64,000 nt of DNA from Rhina ancylostomus (taxonomy: Eukaryota): NCBI GenBank assembly GCA_030265395.1, contig JARFYF010000053.1, forward strand, positions 18,125,675-18,189,674, in the 5' to 3' direction. Under the pieces are notes generated by a model, which saw only the letters and a list, made by a program, of their open reading frames with translations, searched no databases and had not been told where the DNA came from. Made by a program: the position numbers and the translations under genes. Of the stretch, positions 26,345 through 38,215 are shown in pieces. Numbering within the stretch: the stretch's first letter is position 1; each line of letters starts with the position of its first letter.

Positions 26345-27085
26345 GCTTTGGCTCAGAGTATATCACACTTGACCTTGAGTCAGTAAACCAAAGTGTCAAA
26401 TGCCACTCCAGTAATCTAAACACAAGAAATCTGGGCTGGTGCAGTATTAAAGGTAGTTCTACTTATATGTGCTGCCATTCTGATGAGGCACAAGCCCAGA
26501 CACAATCTGCTGTCTTAGAATTTCACAGTACAGGCTTTTGATCCTGAGTAGCCTCGATGGGGTAGATGTGGAGAAGGTGATTATTCTTGTGGGAGACTCA
26601 AGGACTTGGGGGTCACTACTTACAAATGAGAAGTTTCCCATTTATAACAGAGGTGAGGTGAATTTCTTTCTCCCGGGGGTTGTGAGTCTTTGCAGCTTTC
26701 TTCCTCAAAGTCCAGGGGAAGTGGAGGTTTCAGGTACTTTTAAAGCAGAGGATGAAAGGTTACCAGAGTTGGAAGGAATGGGAAGTTGAGGTCACAATCC
26801 CGTCATCTTACTAAATGGTGAAGCTGGCTTGAGGGGTGGAATGGACAAGTCTTGCTCCTAATTTGTGAATTTGTGCAATTCTTTGAAGAAGATTATTCTG
26901 GAATTGTGAGCAATATTCATGACTCAACTAAAAGCCAAATAAAGATCAGATGATTGGTTTTTGCTGTATGCCATTTTATGGGAGCTTGCTGTGTGCAATA
27001 TCTGCCATATTTCCTATACTATGAAAGGGTCACAGGTGTTTCATTGCTTGTTATATGCTTTGGAATGTCCTGAGCTTATGAGAAA
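26345..27085 (+). mobile_element. SacSINE1-like Deu-SINE split by a CR1 fragment
   Basis: tRNA-like head ggctcag...tgagtcag...ccactccag at 26345-26520; Deu-type 3' half tttatgggagcttgctgtgtgcaa...tttcctata...tgctttggaatgtcctgag at 26880-27085. Confidence 0.7.
26530..26870 (+). mobile_element. CR1 3' fragment nested in Deu-SINE
   Basis: ILSSLDGVDVEK..LVGDSRTWG and a CR1 tail. Confidence 0.75.
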
Positions 27086-27389
27086 ATAACTGGCACTAAT
27101 GAATGGAGATTGGTGTGTTGCAAATGAAACATTTTAATTAATTAATGGCATCTTAATCAGTCATATAGATATGATTATAAATGGTCTAGAGGGGAACAGG
27201 GTGAATTTTTAAACATATCTACTCCTCCAAACACAGGAACAAAGACAGGAATAGCTATGAGACTGCAGTCATGACCAAATGCATCAAAGTACAGAAAAAC
27301 AAGCATGTTAATAGTGCCACCAAAATAAGATTTTACAAACACTGTTGTGTTCACAGTCATGTCCAACTATGAAAAGTGAACCTTCAAAA

Positions 27390-27700
27390 CTGAAAAATGC
27401 TTGCAAACATTTGCAGTGAAACATTATTGTAAAGGATTAAGGATACTGTATCCAGAAAGTAAATCAAATGTCAAGGTATAATAGACAATGAATTCTGTTG
27501 CTGGGAAACAAGAGGCTCTTGTTAACACAATTAAATAGGGATTTGGCTATATCTTGAGGAGCAACAGTCTCTGAAAAATAATAATTCAAGCCACAATTAT
27601 AGTTAAGAGAGAATAAGACCATCAAAGAAAAGATCTAGTGAGAAGAGATCAAGCCACTCAATCTCAAGCTAATCTGGAAGCTCCTAGACCAGATGCATTG
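27390..27700 (+). mobile_element. Very old RTE-like 3' coding remnant
   Basis: LVNTIK...FGYILRSNSL.KIIIQA resembles the RTE C-terminal FGHI.R....K.I.QG pattern. Confidence 0.5.
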
Positions 27701-28204
27701 GAAGCTTTTAACTGCAGAGGGATCTAGAAGGGAACTGACTATCTAGTGACAGGTCACAATGACATGAAAAATTCCAGATTTTCTTTAAATGAGTTGTTGC
27801 CCATACTTCAAAAAACTGTATTCCTCAGTCAATCAAGGGGTGCGTTTCTTGGATTCCAGCAATGTGATCAGTATAAAACCCACATCAAGTGAGTGCAAAC
27901 TACATGGAAAATGCTGTTTTGCCTTTCAAAAGACACTGCATCTGCATTTCTCAGCTTTAAGAAGGTAAACGTGATCTTCAATACTTCCACTGTACATCAG
28001 CAATCACTTTACAAGATGTAGATGCTAACAACAATCAAGACACCAGAGGATCCAAAGGATAGTGAAACATAAGAAGACAGAAAAGCAGAGGTAGAGCAAC
28101 AGATTGAATGTTTGGGCACATGCAGCTCCTTCCCAATGTATTAGATTTACTTTGTTATCTTAATTTATTTTTAGAATTCTTGCTTGAACAAAATAAATAT
28201 GGAG

Positions 28205-28481
28205 AGAGATATATCTTTATTAGTCACATGCACATTGAAACACACAGTGAAATGATCATTTGTGTAGAGTGTTCTGGGGGCAGCCCGCAAGTGTCGCCAC
28301 TCTTCTGGCGCCAAATTCCACAACTTCCTAACCCATACGTCTTTGGAATGTGGGAGAAAACCGGAGCACCCGTAGGAAACCCACGCAGACACAGGGGGAA
28401 CGTACAAACTCCTTACGGACAGTGGCCGGAATTGAACCCAGGTCGCTGGCACTGTAATAGCGTCACGCTAACTGCTACACT
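28205..28481 (-). mobile_element. Young V-SINE with Rex1-like tail
   Basis: Minus strand has A box tagtgtagcag, B box gggttcaattcc, V-domain and tail ttcactgtgtgtttcaatgtgcatgtgactaataaa; many CpGs retained. Confidence 0.9.
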
Positions 28482-30167
28482 ATTAGCACATATTAAATGC
28501 TGTTAACGGTCTGCACAGTGACATAATGTCTTGCATCTCCCAGCCTCAGTGGTCAGGATTATGGGATGTGCTTCAGTTTCACTCTGTTCACTACACTAAG
28601 CCTTTTTTGGGTAAATCAGATCTGAGCTGCATGTTGTAATCAATGGGTCTTTTGATCAGCTCACACCTTGGAGTTGCTTGGGGCCATGTGCAGAATGGGA
28701 GTAGATGGAGTCCATGCATTACTTGGGGGAGTGTCTGCATACACAGGCAAGAACCTTGCCTACTGACACACTCACACTCCTGCTTCCCAACACAACCCTC
28801 CATGACAGCCTTCACTGTAAGTGTATGACTGTCATGGTGAAAGGTCCTTGGGTTTGGCTTTGTTTTCCAGTAGTCAGCATGACAATGATGCAGCAATTTT
28901 GAGGTCTTTATCTATCTCCCAACTGGAAATACACAGGGCTCTCATTTCAGTGCATGATTCTGTGTGCACAGCACAATAACAGCGCTTCTAATGGATTTTC
29001 ATCCAATTTCACAGATTTTTTCCCCCGAGGATCTGTGTTGGCATTAATGCTATATGCAGCCAGTTTATGTACTAAAATAGAGTGAAACTCAATTTCTAGA
29101 CAAATACGCTGCTTCTTTTCCCTTAAGTTTTCATTTTGGGCACATAACTAAGTACAAGTTCACCATGTTTCACAGGTGTATAATTGAGTTGACTTTGGGA
29201 ACAATGAGGGTTATATGAAGTCAAATCATTTTAAAAGGGTTATCACTCCTCATTCTCTGCTTCTTAGATACTATAATCCACTTTTAAATATTATTTCAAT
29301 ATTTAGAAGCAAAATATGGTTTTGCCTCAAATCTATTGCTTAGTAATTTTAACTGCCTTTCCCCAAAATCTTAAAGCCGCAACAATTATATTTTCATCAT
29401 TGATAGGCAGCTGCTATTAACGGGCAACATGTATGCCTTTCCATTTTTACCATACTAAGACAGGTTGAGAGATGCTGGACCAAAGCCAAAAGCATACTGC
29501 TGAGTGCCTCTGGGTATACTGTGTAACAATTTCAATTGATATAGAAGAATGGGGAATTTTGCTGTATTGCCATGTGTAGGCCAGATATCTTGTATAGTTT
29601 TCTTGTAAATACATTCTCATTAAAAGTATAATTGAAAGCAAGTTATTGTTCCCAGAACATTAAAGGGAACAGATAGCCAAGTTCATTATGCTTTTTAACA
29701 CAGCTCCCAGTGGACTATTTAACCCTGTATATACTGGATGTCCAGCTATCAAAGAAGAATTTTTTTCTTATGAATACTCTTATGAAAAAATTAAATATAA
29801 TTTTTTTCTTATGAAGTTTATGAATACTCTCTTTAATACCGCAAACAGTGTGCGTGGAACAAGAAAACAGTCCATACAGCATAAGCATTTGCCACAAGTG
29901 ACTTGAAGATCTACTTGGGTCTAGAATTTCAAAGGGGAAGTATTTTCTTCAATGCATCTCAGGCAAGAATTAAAGGGCTTAAATCATGTCAATTATATTC
30001 TTATTCACTTTGGTGCACAGTAACTGCAGGAAATTTCAGGAGCTTCATGAACCAGCTCAAATGAACCCAGGCCGACTGATATCATGTATGTGTTCCTTCA
30101 AGGGGAGTTGATCAATCATTTTGGAACACTGCTTTGAGAAATGAAAAAGTAGTTGCAGGATGCAGGA

Positions 30168-30301
30168 GGCACAAGGGACTGCAGATGCTGGAATCTGGAG
30201 CAAAAAATAAACTGCTGGAGGAACTCAGCTAGTTAGGCAGCATCTATGAAGGGAAATGGACAGGCAGTACTTTGGGACTGTTTTGATGAAGGGTCTTGAC
30301 C
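30168..30301. mobile_element. PLE terminus (minus) abutting a plus-strand hammerhead half (TTGATGAagggtcttgacc)
   Basis: gactgcagatgctggaatctggagc...gctggaggaactcagc...ggcagcatct followed by ttgatgaagggtcttgacc. Confidence 0.7.
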
Positions 30302-30859
30302 ATTTGGTGGAAAGGTCCAGGTGCATTCAGGCATGGGCGACCCCTATGTTTGAGCACACGTTTGTCTGAGCAGGATCCTTATCCACAGGGAGATTTCATG
30401 AGTCCTCACAGCTTGTTGAGAAATGTCTTCATTTTGTTGCTACTTCTCCAGTCCTCCTCTTTGAACTGCTGCTGCAGTAGAATGAATGAAAACTGCCTCT
30501 CCATTATTGCCAAGCTGTTGAAAGTTCATCAGGGCATGACAAAGTGAAGACCTCTATGTTCAGGTTAAGAAAAAGAATCAGAATTTGAGGACCCCAGTGG
30601 CAGTGTTAAATAAGTTCCTTGTGACTGCAGTTTTATTTACACTTTGCAGCATGAGTAAGATCTATGACTCGAGAATAAACATTTCCATTCTAAATACAAT
30701 AATCAAGGGGGATTTTATTCATTATCGAGAATGGTCAAACCAAACTGGAAAGGATGGCTCTTGAGGATGAGTTCATAAAGTGTATTTGGAATGGTTTCTT
30801 CAAACACAATGGTTCCTTAGAGCAACCAAGGATGTATGTTATTTTACACATGGTGCAAA

Positions 30860-31020
30860 AGACAAACTGCTGGAGGAATTCAATGGGTCAATCAGCATTT
30901 GTTGGGGGGAGGGGCGAGGCAGGGGTTGTTGAGGAAATTGTTGACATTTTGTGTCAAGACCCTGCATCAGGGCTAAGGGTGAGAGGGAAGATGACCANNN
31001 GAGGGGTATGGGAAAGTGAA
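30860..31020 (-). mobile_element. PLE terminus with decayed hammerhead
   Basis: Minus strand 30940-30974: agcc-CTGATGC-a-gggtc-tt-gacac-AAAA-tg-TC-aac. Confidence 0.7.
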
Positions 31021-31052
31021 TAAAAATGGAAGGACTGGAGGTATATTGAAAG

Positions 31053-31125
31053 GAGGGAGAGAGAGTGAGAAAGAGAGAGTGAGAGAGAGAGGGTGAGAAA
31101 GAGATAGAGAGTGACAGAGAGATAG
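31053..31125. repeat. Imperfect (GA)n microsatellite
   Basis: gagagagtgagaaagagagagtgagagagagagggtgagaaagagatagagag. Confidence 0.9.
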
Positions 31126-31179
31126 TAAAAGTTGATTAAGGAGTAAGATGGTAGAACAGCAGTGGTGGATATACAGTAT

Positions 31180-32765
31180 AAGGCAACTTTTCAAAATTCT
31201 CAGCAAAAATATTCTCCTGTGAGAAACAAAGGGTTAATGGGAAGGATCCACCATCTATAGTTAATTAAGGAACTTAAGGATGGTGTCAGAGTGAAAAAAA
31301 AGGCATACACTATTGAAAGAATAGTGTTAGCCAGAGAATTAGGAAAAATTAAGAACCCAGCAAAGGACGATGAAAGATTATTACACAGAGGGAGAATACA
31401 GAGTATGAAAGTAAACTGGTAAATAATATAACAATAGATAGTAAGAGATTCTACAGATGGATAAAATGAGAATGCCTATATTGTTTCCTTAGAGAATGAG
31501 ACTAGAAAATTCATAATGAGAAGTAGGTAATTAGCAGAAATTCTAAATAATTATTTTGGGTCAGTCTTCATGGTAGAAGTCATTAAAAATCATTCCAATA
31601 ATAAGAGACAATCAAGAGATTTTCAGAAGGAAGGAACTTAAAACCAGATGAAAAGTACTAATAACGTGAATTAAAAGGGTTCAAGGCTGACAAGTCCCTT
31701 GGATTGAATGGCCTGTATCCCTTGGTTTTTAAAAGAAATGGTTGCACAGATAATGGATGTATTGGTTGTAACCCACCAAAATTTCCTGGATTCTGGAGAG
31801 GCCCCTGAGGATTGGAAAACCACAAATGTAACACTGCTCTTCAAGGAAAAGGGTAAAAACAAAAACAGGAAACTACAGGCCAATTGGCCTCACATTTGCC
31901 TTTGATAAAAATCCTGGGATACATTATTAAGTAGGTAATGGCAGGGTATGTAGAAAGTAATGAGACAGTCAAGTTGTGTCAACTTTTTTTTTGAAAGGCA
32001 ATCATGTTTAGTAAATTTACTAGAGTTGTCTGAGGATGTAACAAATAGGTTTGATAAAAGAAATAGTATGTATATTTATATTTCCAGAAGCCATTTAATA
32101 AAGTACTGCAGAAAAAAGGTGACTGCACAGGAAAGGACTCATGGGGTTGGAGATTATATATTGGTAGGAATAGGAAATTGGCTGGTGAGTATGGATAAAT
32201 GGGTCATTCTTAGAGTGGAAATTGGTAACAAGTGGGGTGGTACAGGGATCAGGCCTCCTGCTGTATGGTAGCCAAATATGCTGACTGCATGAAGATAGGT
32301 GGTTTTGCAAATTGCAAGGAGGACTCATTGAACCTGTAAAAATTGGTTTATCATTGTCACATGTAACAGCTTCTATCCTGCTGTTATAAGATTATTGAAC
32401 GGTTGCCTAGTATGATAAAATGGACTCTTGACCTCACAATCTACCTCGTTACGATCTTGTAACTTACTGTCTACCTGCAGTGCACTTCCTCTGTAACTGC
32501 AACACTTTATTCTGCATTCTATATTGTTTTACCTTATACTACTTCAATGTACTGTTGTAACGAATTAATCTGTGTGAACGGTATGCAAGACAAGTTTTTT
32601 TACTGTACCTCGGTACATGTGACTATAATGAACCAATTTACCAATTTAGAGGGACATAGTTTGGCCAACTAATTGGGAAATAAATTGTCAGATTGAATAT
32701 AACGTTGTAAAATGTGAGGTTGTCCATTTTGGAAGAAAGAATGAAAAAAACAATTTTTTATTTAT
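31180..32765 (+). mobile_element. Decayed CR1 LINE ORF2 region, interrupted by Rex1 at 32336-32647
   Basis: FLDSGEAPEDWKTTNVTLLFK, SCLVNLLE and CEVVHFGRKN motifs. Confidence 0.85.
32336..32647 (+). mobile_element. Rex1/Babar 3' end with an inverted copy of its own tail at the left end
   Basis: SFYPAVIRLLN end of ORF and 3'UTR as in 54076-54424. Left end aattggtttatcattgtcacatgta is the reverse complement of right end tacatgtgactataatgaaccaatt. Confidence 0.8.
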
Positions 32766-32914
32766 ACAAAATGAGACTACAATGGAGACACAAGAGACTG
32801 CAGATGCTGTAATGTGGAGCAATGAATAGTCTGCTGGAGTTCACTAGGTTTGGACTGGACTGTCTGCTTGTCAAGTTTATTGTCCCAAGGGAACCAGTAG
32901 TGAGGAGATGCAGT

Positions 32915-34310
32915 AGACTGCAGATGCTGGAATCTGGAGCAACAAACAATCTACAGGAAGAACTCAGTGGGTCAAGCAGGATCTGTGGGAGGAAAGGAAT
33001 TGCCGATGTTTTGGGTCAAAACCCTGCATCGGGACTGAGAGTGGAGAAGCGAGATGGCCAGTATAAGGAGAAGGGGAGCGGTGAGAAAGGATTCTGAGAT
33101 GACTGGTGGACTGAGGAGGGGTGCAAGATGACAGGTAGGTGCTGCCAGGTAGGGGAGGTGAGCAGGAATGGAGTTGGAAGATAGTGGCATGTGAATGATA
33201 GATGGAGTCAGACAGAGAGAGTGAAAAAAGGGAAAAATAAACAGATGGAGCAAACTGGGGGAAGGGGAGGGTGAAGATAGGACTCAGCTGCTGGAGCGAG
33301 ATAAGCAGGGACATGCAGTTCTACCTGTGCTGGATTCTGATAAGTAAAAGGATGAGAATGGGAACCATTAGGATAGAAGTGAACAATAGTTGAAACAAGN
33401 NNNNNNNNNNNNNNNNNNNNNNNNNNNNNNNNNNNNNNNNNNNNNNNNNNNNNNNNNNNNNNNNNNNNNNNNNNNNNNNNNNNNNNNNNNNNNNNNNNNN
33501 NNNNNNNNNNNNNNNNNNNNNNNNNNNNNNNNNNNNNNNNNNNNNNNNNNNNNNNNNNNNNNNNNNNNNNNNNNNNNNNNNNNNNNNNNNNNNNNNNNNN
33601 NNNNNNNNNNNNNNNNNNNNNNNNNNNNNNNNNNNNNNNNNNNNNNNNNNNNNNNNNNNNNNNNNNNNNNNNNNNNNNNNNNNNNNNNNNNNNNNNNNNN
33701 NNNNNNNNNNNNNNNNNNNNNNNNNNNNNNNNNNNNNNNNNNNNNNNNNNNNNNNNNNNNNNNNNNNNNNNNNNNNNNNNNNNNNNNNNNNNNNNNNNNN
33801 NNNNNNNNNNNNNNNNNNNNNNNNNNNNNNNNCCGTGTCTGCGTGGGTTTCCTCCGGGTGCTCCAGTTTCCTCCCACATTCCAAAGACGTATGGGTAGGT
33901 TAATTTGGGTTTTAAAATGGGTGGTGTGAACTCGTTGGGCCGGAAGGGCCTGTTACACGCTGTAAATAAAATTTTAAAAATTTAATTTTAAAAAACATCT
34001 GAAATGTCCTCCTTTTTCAGGAAGCATGGCTTCCCTTCTTGCTGTGGTTGATGGAGGCTGATCTCTCATCTTCTCTGTTTCTCATACTTTTGCTCTCGCC
34101 CCACCTCCACCCAGACAGAACAGAGATTTTCCCTCATCCTCACATTTTACCCTAAGAGCCTCCACATCCAGCATATCTCCTTCTGACCATCCATACTGGC
34201 CATCTTGCTTCTTCACTCTCAGTCCTGATATAGGGTTTTGACCCAAAACATCGACAATTCCTTTCCTCCCACAGATGCTGCATGACCAGCTGAGTTCTTC
34301 CAGCATAATA
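32915..34310. mobile_element. Penelope-like element with inverted termini (32945-33063 minus, 34193-34306 plus), containing a gap, a SINE and an ORF remnant
   Basis: ~120 bp inverted repeat. 34003-34180 reads MSSFFRKHGFP...ALAPPPPRQNRD..LILTFYPKSLHIQHI, a PLE linker-like region. Confidence 0.8.
33833..33995 (+). mobile_element. Young V-SINE 3' half with CR1-like tail variant
   Basis: cgtgggtttcctccgggtgctccagtttcctcccacattccaaagacgt...gggccggaagggcctgtt...ctgtaaataaaa. Confidence 0.85.
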
Positions 34311-37300
34311 TTTGTTGGAACAAGAAGCTAGTTGAATTACACAGGTCAATCACATTCCACTTTGGAAACAGCAACTTAATTTTCATATTCATAGTGCCGA
34401 ATAAAAGGAACTGCACATGTGAAGTTCTTACACATATAATGACCGTTGCACTGATGTTGGACTTGTACCATTCAGTTTTGCTCTTTCTCACACACTAACA
34501 TATGGACCATTGTGTGCCTTTAATAAGAAAAGATACACCCAGTAAGCATACATACATTTCTAATTTCAGGAGTTTTTAGATATTTTCAGGCTTATCAGCA
34601 ACCTTGGATATTACAAAGAATTCAAAGTACAAGCAACAACAACAATATTAGTCCATAACATTCCCCAATGTAGTGAGTCACCCTTATAGCTCTTTACTGC
34701 AAAAAAAAACGACACATAGGACTTTTTTTAAGTGCTTATATGGAAATGTTTAATAAAGCATTTGACAACCGTTATACCATCAGGTTTTTAAGTGTCTGAG
34801 AATGTTTTTATGAGTCAGAGTTAAGATCCACCCAAACTTTCTTTTGTTTCATTCTGTGCTGCCTGAACTAATAATAATTTATTTTATTTCTGTTCCATTT
34901 CTGTTAGCACATTAAGCTGTCTTTTATATCAGACAACAGTAGCCTTCTGGCTTGAATAAAAATTGTAACATTAGGAGGAGGAAAATTGTGATCAGCAAAT
35001 TGGGAAAAGTATATATTTTTTAAGATAGCTGAAATGGAAGGAATTAATTAATTGTACTGTCAGACAGTGACATCATGTCCTAAGACTTATTTTGTAGACC
35101 TCCTAACAGAACCAAACTTTATTTGATAGCTTTAAGAGTGCATGCTTTATTTCAAATGCCAGCATTCATGACTGACTGGTTTTTCTGTAGGGGGCTCTAA
35201 AGCACTTCATAAAATATGAATGCTCAACACCTAGACACAGAGCTCATTAGAGAAATCTACAAAGTTGACCTGGTCACTAAGGTATCAACCCCAGGGCAAG
35301 TCCTTGCAGAAAATTAACACCTCATGTTACAACATTACAATAGATTATGAAGACTATGATAGGATCCAGAGTGTATGAAGGCTGTCAGTGACAGGAAATC
35401 ACACCAGTGTTCCACTGACTAACTTTTTGTAGAAATGGTTGATTTTTTTTCCAGGGATCAGATAGCTGTTGACAAATTTCCTATTGCTTTTGGTTCCTGT
35501 CTGGTCAGTGTTTAGGTTGGCCTCACAAGACCATTTCCTTCCATTACTGACAAGGTCAAAGGGCAAGTGACTGCTCACAATGGTCTCAATCACTTGTAGC
35601 AGAGAAAAGACTAAAAACTTTTGCAGAACATGGTACATTTAAAAATAATTTCTGAACTTATAATGGGTCAAAAGGAAAACACATGCACTTAAAGATTTCA
35701 GTTTTTTTCCAATATGTCATTAACACAAGACTTTCAGTTTCAAGCTTTCTGTCAATACATATTGGATGTAAAATGTATGTAATCCAAATTATTATTCTTT
35801 TACCTTAATCAATTTTATGTTAGAATTTCCTTTGCATCATTGAGAAGTGTTATGCACAAGCCTTCCTCAATCTTGCTTTTTTAAAGTAAGGCAACAGCGC
35901 AATTTTACATAAAATTATCTTTTTCAATTATTCAATTATTTCTTTGCAATTGACAATATAATAGAACATGAGAAATGAAGCAGCACAAAATAATTTGGCA
36001 AACATTTCCATTTATTGGGTGCCAAATATTGGGAAATAACAAGTCAATTTTATGTTGCAATGACTAACATTATCTTCTGTTGTGGAGACGCCCTTATCAG
36101 AAATTCACCCTCTGTGCTGTTGGTCAGCATCTCCCTGAACATTTGCTTCTTAAGGGGTCAAATTGCTAAACCACAGAATGCCATCTAGTTGAGAATTTGT
36201 TTCCGACAAATGTCACACATGTTCAGGTGAAATGTTGATTGTCAAATTGGCAAGAGTTAAATGTATTTCAATCAGTGCCTTGTTAATAAAATTGCCCATA
36301 ATTCTGTCACCACATCTCCCAAATGATTAATTAAGAATTGTACACATTTTATTAGATTGCACCTTGATGAAACATTCACACTTTGTACAATAAGAGTCAT
36401 TGCACTTCTATGAACACTCAAGGCAAAATATTTAAACATCTGACTAGAGAGTACTAATATTTTGAAGCAGGTATGAAAAAAAGAACATTTTAAAACATAT
36501 GTATCTACAACAGTCATTGAAGCTCAACTGAGAATGGTTTATCTTTCAAGGATCTGTGAAGACAGATTAAATTATTCTCCTGGAGGCATTTTTATATAAA
36601 CCTATTCTCCTAATGCTTCATTACATCACTGATCATATAAAGATCAGAAACTTGCAATTAACTTGACAAGACACTAAAAAGATAACATTTGTCTGAAATC
36701 ATGTCCATGCTGGCAAAAAATAGACTTCAGTTTAATCCTATTTCCCAGCTTTTGGGCAGTTGTCCTGGCTCTTCAAGTTCTCATCCTTATCTTGCTACCT
36801 ACCTTGAAGACAGATGCCCATCTAACTCCTCTTATACCTTCAACTTTTCTCTGTATGTCGAAGAAATTGCATTCACTGTTACTTCAATAGACTGACTTGG
36901 ATCCTTACATTTAGGTTACATGATATCTTCCTTAATTTTGAGTAATTTCATTGATACTTCTTCTCCTTGAACTCTAAGCTCTTCTATAAGTTCCATTCTT
37001 ACCTTACAGTGTTCCAAACTTCAGATCACCACCTTGATATTTTGATCTATTGTTTTGGAAATTCTCCCATGCTTGAAAATATACCCTGAAGAGGCACTGG
37101 ATGAGGAGCTCCCTCCTGTTCAATGTGTGGTGATAGGGGAGCAGTTTTCCTCCATGCATGATGTGCAAAATGTTATACATGTAAGGATCATGAATCTCAA
37201 ACATCTTGCATTAGAGTGGTAAATACTGATGTGTGATCTTCCACTGTGTTGGGAGCTATTAAAGTGGAAATTCTCGATGGCAAGTTCCTTTTCAAATAGT

Positions 37301-37704
37301 GGGGGCTTATTTGGAGCAGCTTCATCTTTCATCACCAGGTGGGAATAGGGACCTAGGTACCACATGTCTCTGACAGACAATGGGGCATTGTTGGCAGCGG
37401 TGGATACCCAAGTCAAGGACCAATGTACTTTGTCCCTCAAAGTAGGAAGAATTCCTTGCATGTGACCTCAAAGGACTATCTGTGATGATTCCATGTTTCA
37501 CTTGCAAATTACTTGAAAGTAGCTCACATAAGGATGGAATCTTTAACACCTGTGAAGGCCTATCCCTGCATTTGGGGCCTAATTTCTGAGGTATTGATAA
37601 TTATGAAGTGGTAGCATCAGTGATCATTGCACACTATTTTCCTTCACAGCTGCAAATCTTCTGGATTCCATGTGCAAACGTTCATAAAAATAAAGGACCA
37701 TGAA

Positions 37705-38215
37705 TATAGCATTACACCTGGAGTATAGTGTGCACTTTTGGTCTCCTTACTTAACAAAGGATATACTTGCCACAGAGGAATTATAGTACACCACATTTTC
37801 CAGAGATTAGGGTGGGGAGGGATGGCGGGGGTGGGGAACTAATTGCCCAAGGAGAGGTTGAGTAGACCAGGTCTGTAATCTCTAGAATCTTGAGGAATGA
37901 GAGGGGAAACTTACAAAATTCCAACAGGCATCAACAGTCGGGATACATGGACTGAGGAGTCTCAAACTATGGGGTCACAGTCTCAAAAGAAGTCAAGTTA
38001 GGAATCATAAATCTTTGGAATTATTAGTTTTGTTCAAAATGGAGATTGATATATCTTTGGATATTATTGGAGTCAGGAAGATCTAGGGATAGGACAGGGA
38101 ATATGGTGGCAGTGCAGGCAATTGGATTGAGATAGAAGATCAACCAAGATGCTGATGAATGGTGAAGCAGGCTCAAAAGGCCAAATGACCTACTCCTGCT
38201 CCTGGCTCTTTCAAA
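37705..38215 (+). mobile_element. Old CR1 3' end
   Basis: cctggagtatagtgtgcacttttggtctcct...caggctcaaaaggccaaatgacctactcctgctcct. Confidence 0.75.
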
